DNA of 64,000 nt, taken from contig CM082594.2 of NCBI GenBank assembly GCA_040954595.2, forward strand, positions 7,571,573 to 7,635,572. The letters run 5' to 3'. The DNA is from Balanoglossus misakiensis (lineage: Eukaryota; Animalia; Hemichordata). Made by a program: the position numbers and the translations under genes. The notes beneath the pieces are model-generated. The model was not told the DNA's origin. It ran no database searches and was given only the letters and a program-made list of their open reading frames with translations. Positions 1 to 10,800 of the stretch are shown here, in pieces; the first letter of the stretch is position 1; every line of letters starts with the position of its first letter.

Positions 1-50
1 ACTTATTGCCGTGCAATCCTGCATAAAAATTCCATATAATAGTGTCTTAC

Positions 51-1822
51 CTTCTTGCATAGGCATAGATAGCGGTGTGTCATCACCCAGTGGTTTTGGA
101 AGTGATACCTTTCCAGCTCGCTCCATCAATGTCCTCAACAGCTGCTTCTGCTCATCTATCCTCTCGCGAGCACAGCTGAACAGCTGATCAATGTCATCTA
201 TGGTTTCCTTGATGTCGTCCTCCATTGCACAGTCCACGACTAAGTCAGTGTCTTCGTCAGTTTGTGACGTCTGCTGCTCCCTGTCCGTGCACTCTTTAGT
301 AGCGCTGTCTTGTTCTGAGAAACTGGGCAAGGAAGTGCCTGTGTGAACGCTTGGTGCCGATCGCACAACCTGTTTACTTGACGCTACCTCAGCTTCCAGT
401 GCCTGGATCTTCTTCTCAAATGTATCCCTCACGTCTTCAAACTCGGTGCCCAGTTTTAAATACCTCTTTTTGTAGTCCTCGTTCATTTCCTGCTCTTCCA
501 TCAAAGCAGTGTCTAACTCCTTCAGATTTGTCGTCAGGTTCTTCACCCGCATCATCAGCTGGTTGTTCACTTCTTCAAACTCCTTCACCTTCCCTTCCAT
601 CTCGGATATCTTCTTCAGGTGCTCCGCCTTCTCCCGAGATCTCGTCTCTCGCTCCTGCTTCAGATCCCGCTGCAGGGACTCGATTCGCTTTCTGTGCTTG
701 GGCAGCTCGTCCTGCAGGGAGTTCAACTGTTCGTGAACTATGTCGGATTCCTGCTTTCTCAGAAGGATTTCGCTTTCGTAGCTCCTCAGTTTTGTCTGCA
801 GAGCCTTCAGCGTTTCATTTTCGTTCTCTGATCCCTGGGCGTTACTTACAGCAGAGGCAGGATTTTTGTCAGGTTCGCTTTCACCAGGTTGTACCTTGCT
901 TTTGTCCACATCTTCTCCTCTCATCAAGTTTTCCACCCATGAAATTATTTGCTGAAACTCTTCTCGAGTAAATGGCCCATGTTCTTTCACCTGTTTTACC
1001 TAGATAATTACAGGTTGATTGGCAAGATAAAATCAGAGTCATTAAAGCTACTGTATGACAAAAATATAAACATTCTTTACATTCACTTATTTTGCCGTTT
1101 CTCTTTGCCATTGAAAAGGATGTCAGGGTATGATTTTCTTTCACACCACAGTTTATCCACTCAGATAATCAGTTCATCCAAACCATATTATAATAACAAA
1201 AATACGACATTCAACTTCAAAGTGCCAGTATTTCACGATTTCTCTAATTTTGGAGGTAATCAAGTGTTTGTAAGCAAACACATGCTTTTTGCAAACTGGC
1301 ATTACATTTGTATTTCTCTTTGTTTCATCATTAGAGGACAGGCATCAGCAAAAGCCTGTTTAATTATGGATTTTTAAAGATAGTATCTGTTTAAAAATTA
1401 CCCTACAGCTTTGGATCACTTACATAACCCAGAAGATCCTTCAGCTCTGCTTTTATCTTCTTCACTTCCTGTTCTGCCGGATTATCCATCATATACTTGG
1501 AATACTGCTCAAGTATTTGTTTGCGGGATTTCTCAACTTCGTTCAGTCGCTTGGCATATCTCTTGACGTTATTTTCTGCTTCGACTAGCTTCTTCTGTAT
1601 GACAGCGTTGGCATCTTTCAAGACGTGATACGCCGTTCCCAGCTGAGCTTTGGTGCTGTCTGAGTGGTTGATGAAGCTGTCGGAAAAATGTCTAGACTTC
1701 TGCTGTTCCTCGGGTTCAGGTATTACGGCAAAGTCACTTTCGTAGCTTTTGCTGCTTGATATGCCTATGTAATTGTCAAGTTCAAGGGCATCACTGAAAT
1801 CACTGACCCCACCATCTGCCAT
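51..1822 (-). CDS. Coiled-coil protein, 5' part (continues off the left edge); candidate TANK/AZI2(NAP1)/TBKBP1-like TBK1 adaptor. Coding exons 1822-1424 and 999-51
   Basis: ATG at 1822 (MADGGVSDF...). GT-AG intron 1423-1000 joins ...DLLGY|VKQVKEHG... in phase 0. Exon 999-51 is a stop-free, E/K/L/Q-rich heptad sequence ending at the donor AAG|gtaag; it is absent from the ORF track because the frame runs off the window. Family call rests on QLGTAYHVLKDA and ARERIDEQKQLLRTLM (inference). Confidence 0.85.
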
Positions 1823-2611
1823 GCTTCGTTCAGTTCTGCAGGACAACTTTCTGTTCACTCATTCCTACAATAAGACAAGAGCTTCTTGATAATTTACTTG
1901 ATATAAGTGTAATACAAGCAATAGTTCTTGTATTTGGAGTTAATTTTGACACTCCACAAGGATGCCTAATACTGATTATATTTCTGTTTTTCACCACTAC
2001 ACTCACATCATAGCTGTAGTATGCTGTGCGTCCATAGCCTACCATTCCCTTGACTGTTTGTGTTTTCCACTCTCCATCACTAACACAGTCTACAGAGTGG
2101 TAGGGTTACGGACCCACACAAAGTTGTAGCATGAGATGTCAGTCTACAGTAATGAATACCAACAGAATGGTACATGTACCGGTACTGGTATAGGTGTATA
2201 TGTATGGCTGTGGTTTAGTATTATAATCAGGACTATATTACATTTCCTCCATCTTTTGTCCATATGGACTTAGAGGGAGGAATGTGCTATTATGATGTAA
2301 ATGGTACGTCAGTCGGTACAAGAATGGGGAAAACCCAGTTTCCATGTTTGGTCTTGACAATGTCAGCATGTTACTTCTTTCCTGCCCAATATAAACATTT
2401 GAGATATTATACATGCAGCATGTGGAACATTTGAAATAATAATATTTGTTTTCAAGTATGCCTAATTGCTGTTCCAGGTCTGTATAAACATGATTATTTC
2501 CCTTTATCATTTGTTAAACATCATTGTCGGATATCCCCAATCAATGGTAATTTTAAATACACAGTACGCACTGTGTGATGATCTATTGCAGGCATGATTT
2601 TCATTGAAAAT

Positions 2612-2627
2612 AAAGTGAAAATGAAAG
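2612..2627 (+). promoter_or_regulatory. ISRE/IRF-E-like site AAAGTGAAAATGAAAG in a 5' intron of the coiled-coil gene
   Basis: Matches GAAANNGAAA with the AAAGT extension typical of IRF1/2 sites. Motif only. Confidence 0.4.
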
Positions 2628-2677
2628 CAAATTTCGGTAGTGAATGCCATGGGTTACAGTGGGCACGGTGAACTTAC

Positions 2678-2799
2678 TTTGGTCTGAAATGCTGGGTAGA
2701 TAACACTCGATCTCTGGTGCCTCTTCGCTCGTTACAATGTAAATGGTGGCGCAATATAATGACTGTTCTGCACGTGGGACATATAAGGGGTGAACAACC
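2678..2799 (-). other. Probable non-coding 5'UTR exon of the coiled-coil gene (a further upstream exon may end at 2938)
   Basis: Minus-strand acceptor ccttccactgctag| and donor AAA|gtaagt. The first coding exon has its own acceptor (tcttattgtag|, exon starts 1864), so upstream exons are required. Confidence 0.5.
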
Positions 2800-3049
2800 C
2801 TAGCAGTGGAAGGGTGTGTGTGTTTACAGAGAATTTGTGAGTCACGAATACTTTGGATTTTGATTCAAATTACGGACGATTCCATACGGGAGCAGAATAA
2901 CGCTCCGATTCTCTGCACATACAATAACTTTACAAACCTTTCAGTGACGCTTTCTCGTTAAAAACCATCATAAAGTTCACAACTCTTTCCCTCTTTTCGG
3001 CTTCACCTAGACGCCCTGGAGTATGTTAAGCAGGAAACTTGCACGAATA

Positions 3050-3606
3050 TAAACGCCTCAACCCATTTCAACCTACATCACAAGTTGCTGATGTCAGTGA
3101 TGTAGTTGGGGAATCCCCATAACCTTTCCGTGACCTTGTCCTCGCACGAAGATTATATTATCAGTTATCACACCACTAAAATATTTAAAGTGGGCGCTGT
3201 CTATTCAAGTATTGAATTCTGAAAAAATCATTTAATAACAGACATAAACAACAAAATATCTATGACATAAAATTAAATGAGTAGATGTGGAGCTCTGTGG
3301 TACGAGGAGGTAGAAACGAGGGAACTCCTACCTGGTCATGTGATCCCGAAATCTTTCATACGAGATGTAGGTTATCTCTGCTTCCAGCCTTTGCAAGCTT
3401 TATGTCAAGCAATTGTTTCATGCACATAGATGTGATTTTTCAGAATAACGCGAAGCTAAACGCAAATTTAGTGGCAGTGTCATTAACGTTTAGTCTGCTC
3501 CCCTGCACCATTTCCATCGCTGGCTGCGCTGTGAAAAGCTGGATGACCTTTCATGACCTTAGGCGTACTTGTTCGTTTGTTGTGCTTTCTTTTCTGACTA
3601 CACGGC
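3050..3606. promoter_or_regulatory. Bidirectional (head-to-head) promoter region between the coiled-coil gene and TBRG4
   Basis: Two divergently oriented genes whose inferred first exons are ~0.6 kb apart. Contains a perfect DR4 TGACCTttcaTGACCT at 3544-3559. Confidence 0.55.
3108..3118. promoter_or_regulatory. NF-kB-like site GGGGAATCCCC in the divergent promoter region
   Basis: Exact near-palindromic kB consensus just upstream of the inferred 5' end of the minus-strand gene. Motif only. Confidence 0.5.
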
Positions 3607-3638
3607 ATGGATGGAGGAGCCAGCACGAAACCTCGAAG
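3607..3638 (+). CDS. TBRG4: Possible upstream coding first exon of TBRG4 (MDGGASTKPR-R)
   Basis: ggcATGg, donor AAG|gtacat. Splicing to the acceptor at 3898 is in frame with the ATG at 3908. Confidence 0.45.
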
Positions 3639-3907
3639 GTACATTAACAACCACTTTAATTACAATTTTGCATCGGCGACTTTCCGCAGGACACCAGTGT
3701 AATTGTTGGGTAGATCATTTGCTTGTGTAAACATTTAAATTGACTATCATCATCCGCATGTCATAATTTACTAGTACAACATGTACATGTAATAGAACAC
3801 TCATCATACACAACGACTTCTCTTTTGAAGGTCTCCGGTTTGCTTGTAACTGATACATGTACAAGAAAAGCATCCACTCTGTAATTTGATCGGGCAGAAG
3901 TTGTGTG

Positions 3908-6498
3908 ATGGCGGGAGTGATTCTTCGTAACCTGGTGATCCCAACACTAAGGACATGCAGGAGGCCTCTTCTAATTTCAGCCAGAAATCTGCAGTGTTGT
4001 CACGTGGATCCTGTTCCATTGGCCTCATACACAGCTGTGCGGACCCTCTGTGTTCTCGCAGGGGAGGAGAGAAATGCCAACTCTATCAATAGGATGATTG
4101 ACAAAAATGTCACTTTGACGAAGCTGAATGATTCCAAATCTGCCAAGGATGTATTTGAAACTGTAAAGTCTCATCAATTGAACGGCGATGAAGCGGCATT
4201 TGCAATAAGTCTGCTGCGGAAATTTTGTGTGACTGATGAGAGTATCACTAGGGACGACATCACGCAGGACCAGAGTTTTGACAAGCTGTGCGGAATTGTT
4301 GAACGGGACGTCTTGAAAATAACCCCCGGTAGCGTTCTGTCAGCGCTTAGAAACCTGCTTCATTTAGGCGTCGATTTCAAACATCACCTGGTGAAGAGTC
4401 TAGAACACGAGTGCAAGTGGAGGCTAAGGAAGTTCTCGTTCAACCACTTGACTGTCCTGGCTACTTTTTACTCGCAGTTCATGAAGACCGACAGTCAGCG
4501 GAGTCTCATGCGGGACATTGTTCGAGTGGTGGAGCTTCGCTGGACTGAAATCACTCAACCGAGGGTGCTGCTGAAGATCATGGCCCGCATCAGTCACCTG
4601 TCCCCCGCGTTGGTTGAAAAGCTGGAGGACAGAGCTCTGGAGATGGCTGAGCAGTTTACGCTAGAGGAAGCCAGCGAGATGGCCATGGTGCTGGCCAATA
4701 AGAACCGCCGATCGGTGCCCTTGCTTCGTTCAATAGGATACCACATCATGCAGCGCCAGGGAGAATTTGACGTGCGGTCCATGATGAATCTCTCCTACGC
4801 GTTTGGCAGACTCAACTTCCACCACCAGCAGCTGCTGGAGAAGATTCTCGCGGAACTTCCTCCCCGTCTGCCGGAGTGCCCACCCAGCATGGTGGCCAGC
4901 TTTGCCAAGTCGTTTGCGTTTCTGAAATGGCTGCATTATCCCCTCTACAGCGCCATTGCGCAGTACACTCTGGAAAACTTGCAAGCTTTCAGCAGCCGGA
5001 ACCTCACCGATCTGCTGCTGGCCTTCGCAAGACTCAACTTTCAGCCGCAAGACCCGGACGCGTTCTACGAGAAGGTTATTTCTGCCCTGGATTCAGGAAT
5101 GGATAGGCTGAACACCACCAGCACGATAGACACTGTATGGTCCCTGGCAATCTTGGAGCAGGCACCGAACAGGTATATCAGCAGAGTGCTCAGTCCAGAA
5201 TACCAAGGCAAACTCTCAGGTAAGCAAGACGAATACTCGGCTGTGTCTTATTACAATAACCCCAGAGACAGCAATTCCAGGATTTAACAATTACAAGGTT
5301 GGGTTAGTTTCACTAGCCTAAAAATAGCAGAAAAGCAGTATGTTTCATCGCCCTGAAAGATGCAGTTATGAGAAATTATCTGCCACTATTTGAAATCATA
5401 AAGCTGAATGTTTGTGTTTGTTTGTTCTTTGACTTCATCACAGAGGGAGTGTCCTATCAGATCCAGAGTCTCCGGTTGAAGCTTCTTCACATCAACACTA
5501 CAGCCAGACTGGAATCCCTAGGCTACGAGGGTCCATATCTGCCGGAGGAGTTCATGAAACCGGCCGACGCCCTGATCAACCCGGGCAGGAAGGCTACATC
5601 ATTGCAGGCCGCGGTGTTGCACTCCCTGACCAATACGCTGGGTGGCGAGCAGTTTATTCGCAGTAAGGTGCTGACTCCATATGGCCATAAACTTGGTAAG
5701 CATTTGGCATTGCGTTTCACTTCATGATTGAAAACAGTCTCTTACTGATGAAAATTTACATGTGATATAGGTTGTATCCCAAATACAGATACCATTAGAA
5801 TTCAGGTCGAAGTTGAGGGGTAAAATAAGAAGTTTCACAAATATGCGATTTTATGTTTTCTTTATTAAAGATGCTGAGTGTTTGGTGGATTCTGATGGTA
5901 AACCTTTACCAGTTAACAACTACAAAACGTTCTACGCTGAAAAAGATGGTGGAACAGAAGAGCTCCCACCCAATGCAAGAAGGTAAATGGATCTGAATTC
6001 CTATCTAGGAGGAGAGGTGTTGTTCAAGATTATGTGCAGATTTGAAAGAGCGCCCTCAGTGTTGCCATACATGTATTCTGAGGTTTGCTGCCCAGTTGTT
6101 TTGCCTATCAACACTCTTGATTTTTTTTCAGGATTGCAGTCATGGTTTGGGAGTTCCAGAATTTCTGTTATCAGAGCAAATATCTGCTGGGGAGGTATGA
6201 AATGACACGGAGACATCTAACCAAAGCAGGGTATGCTTTAGCAGAGGTAAATACATGTATAATATGCAGAAAATGTGAAATTTGCTTAATTTTAAGCTGA
6301 AATTCCAGTCTAGTGTTATTCTTATACAGATGCATATTTATTGTGTGTTCTTTCATGTTTTGAGTTGATATTCTTATTTACTTTTGCCAACAGATTTCTT
6401 ACCATGAATGGAATGACCTGAGATCTGAATGGCAGAGAGGAGCATATCTCAAGGACAAGCTCAACAAAGCTATAGCAACAGAGATTGCTGAGAAGTAG
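3908..6498 (+). CDS. TBRG4: FAST kinase domain-containing protein 4 (mitochondrial RNA-processing protein, FAST_1/FAST_2/RAP domains), ~631 aa. Exons 3908-5219, 5444-5695, 5871-5982, 6132-6246, 6394-6498
   Basis: All introns GT-AG with consistent phases. Arg/Leu-rich presequence-like N-terminus. Motifs [34 protein letters not shown]-terminus [22 protein letters not shown]...[21 protein letters not shown] matches vertebrate TBRG4/FASTKD4 as remembered. Confidence 0.93.
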
Positions 6499-7897
6499 AT
6501 AATTAGATCATTTTATTGTTTGCGTTGGTGTGTAAATTACAAAGCTTTCTTAAGCGGAACATTGGCTAGTCATTTTTTAGTCTTTATTTAAGTCACATGA
6601 CTCCTGGGTGAGTGAGTCTTAAAGAACAATTGTAAAAAAAACGAGCTGATCATACCAGTGTGTCCCTTTAAAGGGGGCTAGATTTCAACTATTTGTGGTA
6701 ACTGTGGCTAAATTTGCAAATGTGACTATACTTTTTTTAGCAATGATATTTTGTACATGTGTTGTGACCTTGATTTCAATTCAGAGGTGAAATTCAACTC
6801 AAGCTTTGAACTTTGAAACTGCATATGAATAATGGAAATTCAAAACTAAAGTGTGTGATTAATCTAAGCTCTTGAAATCCATGTATCCGTGGATGTCCTT
6901 GATAATGAATGTGTGTTGTGGTTCACTGTACAATTGAAGTTACAGAAAAGCAATTCAAATACAAGTAGCATGTATTATTTATGTGACAAGCTGAATGGAG
7001 TGTATAATCCCAAAGACAAGGCCAGGTCCTCTGTGACTGATCGCCTGAAAGTTTTTAAGACCTGTTTACATTCATCACAGGTGCTGATTAAATGTTACTT
7101 CTGCAAACACTACAGTGTGTAACTTAAAATTAATCTCCCTTTTTTGCAACTCCAGATCAATAAGGCCAATATGTGCCACCCAAACTTGGTTGAATCATCT
7201 CAACATATTTAAGTTTTTTTCTGCTATACTGCAGGGCAAATATATTTTAATGCTTGACCAGGAAGAGTTTTTAAAACCCCTGCCACGAATATCAAATGAT
7301 TTCCCCCTACAGAGAAGTCATCCTAGTTTTGCAGACTTAGTGTGACCCTTTTGCCGAGATTACAATCGGGTTTTATGGCCACTTTGCTAACAATACACCG
7401 AATAAAAGTTCGAGAATAATGTTTAATATTTTCAGAGAGCGAAATGCCTTTCTTACAATTCCAGCAAAATGCTTGACAAAGGCACAGTGTTAACTGTGAG
7501 TGTGACCTGTTGTCCTTTCACTGGGATCTTTAACAATTGCCCGACCAACTTTTGTCTCCGGGCCTGAGCGTCGTGAGTTGGCAATCACCGGGCCTTTCAA
7601 TCCGCAATAATGGCTGGGTTTAATGCGCAAGCAAGAATCTTCCACGCCCAATCTGACGACTGTCTTGTCTGCGTATCCACCGCCCCTCGTCAAAAAGGCA
7701 GACGTACTTTCCAAAGCCCCTTCGCAGATCGGCCTTCTTTCAGGGTAGAGAGCTGAGACGTGGTGTCACTGGCACTTGTAGCTGGACACAACTTCTGAGT
7801 AAAAGTCATTGGATTAACGTTTGCGGGGACTTCGCGATCCTTCAAGGCGTGAACTGTTGTATTTTGACCACACCCGCTGATAAAGATTCCAGCCGAC

Positions 7898-10800
7898 ATG
7901 GGCACATTCCTTGTAAAGTTTTGCCTGATCGTGTGCGTCATCTGCCTTAGCTGCAAACAAGGTAAGGACCGCCCATCTATTGACATATTCAGCTATAATA
8001 CATCGCCGAGATCTCTGCTGTTCGTGAGTAACTCAACCGGTATTCACCGCATATAGTTTATTTTCAGCTACGTAATTTATATCTGATCTAATTGCAATTT
8101 TTAAAGCCATTAGGCCTATCTTCCTCACGATCCCAGGTGTAATCGTACTGATGTGGACCTATATACTGACGGGTGCACTCTGCTTGAAATAGCTGAAACT
8201 TAAAGTAGTAAATTCAACACTGACGTGGAGTGACTGGGCAACCACTGGACGTTGATTCAAAGCAGAATGTTCTAAAGTCAACTAGTACAGACAATACTAA
8301 CAGAAATCAACTTTATATTTGATTACAGGAACAGAATGCCAAACAGTTGCTGCGGAAAGTAAGTTATTTGATATTCTCACAATCAGATGATGATGATGAC
8401 ACTATACTATCCGATTTGATCGACCCTCAGTTTGAAGGAATTCGAGGAAGGAAGTTAAGTGGGAAGCATCCCTAAAACGCACTAATATTTGTTTCTTTAA
8501 TTCTAGATTTGTGTGGTGACAATCCTTGCGGCGACAACGGTATTTGTCAATCAGGAGAGACGGACTTCCAATGTTTTTGCAAAGACAACTTCACTGGAGG
8601 AATTTGTGAAAGGGGTATGGATTTTCATTTATTTTAACAGAGAAAACAAATTTATTATTGGGGATGTATATAGTATCCCATTATACGAAATGAGTGAAAT
8701 AAATATTTTTATAGAAAAAAATAATCCAATGATACATTATCTTCATTTCGTCTTTGTCCTTACAGCGTACAAAGAGCATTTCGACTTTCAGGAGACATGT
8801 GCAGTTCTTGAATTCATAGAGGAGGTGCCAATCATGAATCCGATTTTTGAGATTTCATCCATCGTGGGGAACCCAGAAATGGTTCAGGAGTACAGTGTAC
8901 GATCTTCTGAAAATGCATCCCTGTTTACTGTCAACACCACTTCAGGAGCTGTCAGTGTTGAACTTGAACACTTTGACTTTGAGGAGAACGAGAACTATGA
9001 AGTTCAGGTCGACCTGACCTGGCTACAGGGTACCTCAACGGTGACGTTATCTATACACATAGTCGATATTAATGACAATGACCCAGAGTTTACAGACACC
9101 CCATATGAAAGCGTTGTCATGGAGTATGCCCCCATTGGGACGCTAGTGGCCGTCGTCGTAGCAACGGATAAAGATGGCGGTGGTGAGCTGTCTTACGCCT
9201 TCGGGGGATCTTCACCCACCGCTCGCCAATACTACAGATCCCTGTTTTCGATGGACGCGTCCGGGAGGGTTACCGTCAGCGGCTTACTGAACAAACAGAG
9301 ACTGGAAGACGACGGTTACCTGCAAAACAACACGCTGACCATACCCATTACAGTGACCGACGGCCTGAGAAGTGATTCCGCCTCCGTCTTCCTACAGATC
9401 CGAGAACTTTTCGCTAAAAACCCCGAAGGGAACAACGCCAGGCATCTTGTCGTCCTTTCAGAAGACACCGACATCGGCACCCACGTCTTTGATGTCAGTT
9501 CGATCATTCCAGGTGCTTCAGAAGCGGGTTACACCTACAGAATCTCCGGAGGATTTGGTGATGACTACCCATTCGAGGTTGACGAAACAACTGTAAGGCT
9601 TATTAATATTAAGTAACACACTTTCCTTCAGTAATGGTGTCGCAAACACGCCTCACGCACCGTTGATCTATTTCCGTATTTTATCTTCCCCTTCCAGGGC
9701 AACATAACAACAGTAACCGAGCTTGACCGCGAAGAACAGGCTGAATATACATTCTCTGTCATCATCCTCGAAAACAAATGCCTCACTGGTATAGAGGTAA
9801 GACAACTTGATCATATCCGACTGATCCCATTTGCTGAAATGGTGGAGAATCCGAAATGTGTTCGGGGGAGGGGTTCGAGTCGTGCATATGTCACTTTTCA
9901 AAGTTTCGACTTCTTTTCTCCACACACATTGTAGTAAATATAAAGTTACGCATAAATCGTATAATTCCAATTCCTTTCATCCAAGCCCTCGTTTGAAGTC
10001 AGGGTGGACGATATTAACGATGAAGTGCCGAAGTTCAACGAAGAGTCATACTCAGCAACTGTGCGCGAAGATGCTGGGTGGGACGGTACCATGGAAAAAG
10101 TGATCATTGTAAGTATTTCTTGTAAAGACGTCGACATATATCAAATAGAGGTGACTTATTAATGTAGGTCTGAAGAGTGGTAACGTGGAGAGATATAAGC
10201 TCATAGCTTTCAGAGAGAGGAAAGGAGGGAGGGAGTAAAAGAGAGAGAGGGGTTCACGTTTGTGATGTTCTTCCTAACAGGTACCACCAATTTGGGCAAA
10301 AGACAAGGATTTTGGTATAAATGCCGAAATAAAGTACTCTCTTTCGGGAGAAGGGAGTAGGTTGTTCAGCATTGACCCAACCAATGCTGTCGTGACAACA
10401 ATACCACATCCGAACTTTGATTACGAAAACACAACGGTGCATTACCTTCAAGTAACCGCTCGGGACATGGCCGGACAAGAGGGCGGGTTTTCGGACACCG
10501 TTGACTTTACTCTGTGGATATCCGACTTCAATGACAACGCCCCAGTCTTCGAAAACCCGCGGTGGGAGATTGACGTTACAGAGAACATTCCAGTTGGAAC
10601 GCCCTTGGCAGTGATCACCGCAAGTGATGCAGATTCCGGATTGAACGGCGAGGTTCTGTATTACATCAAAGATGGCGGAGGAGGGAAATTTAGAATTGGC
10701 CTGACGACCGGCCAATTGACAGTGACTGCCGATCTGGACAGAGAAGAAGAGGAAGAGTATGTTCTGACAATAGCAGCGAGAGACCAGGGCTTGCCTGTGC

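Noticed and set aside
351-971. 206-aa Ser/Pro-rich plus-strand ORF
   Set aside because: Antisense shadow of the real minus-strand coiled-coil exon 999-51.
5235-5275. Possible intronic SNORA5-like snoRNA (vertebrate TBRG4 hosts SNORA5)
   Set aside because: Only a few short word matches; no full two-hairpin H/ACA layout visible. An Infernal/Rfam scan would settle it.
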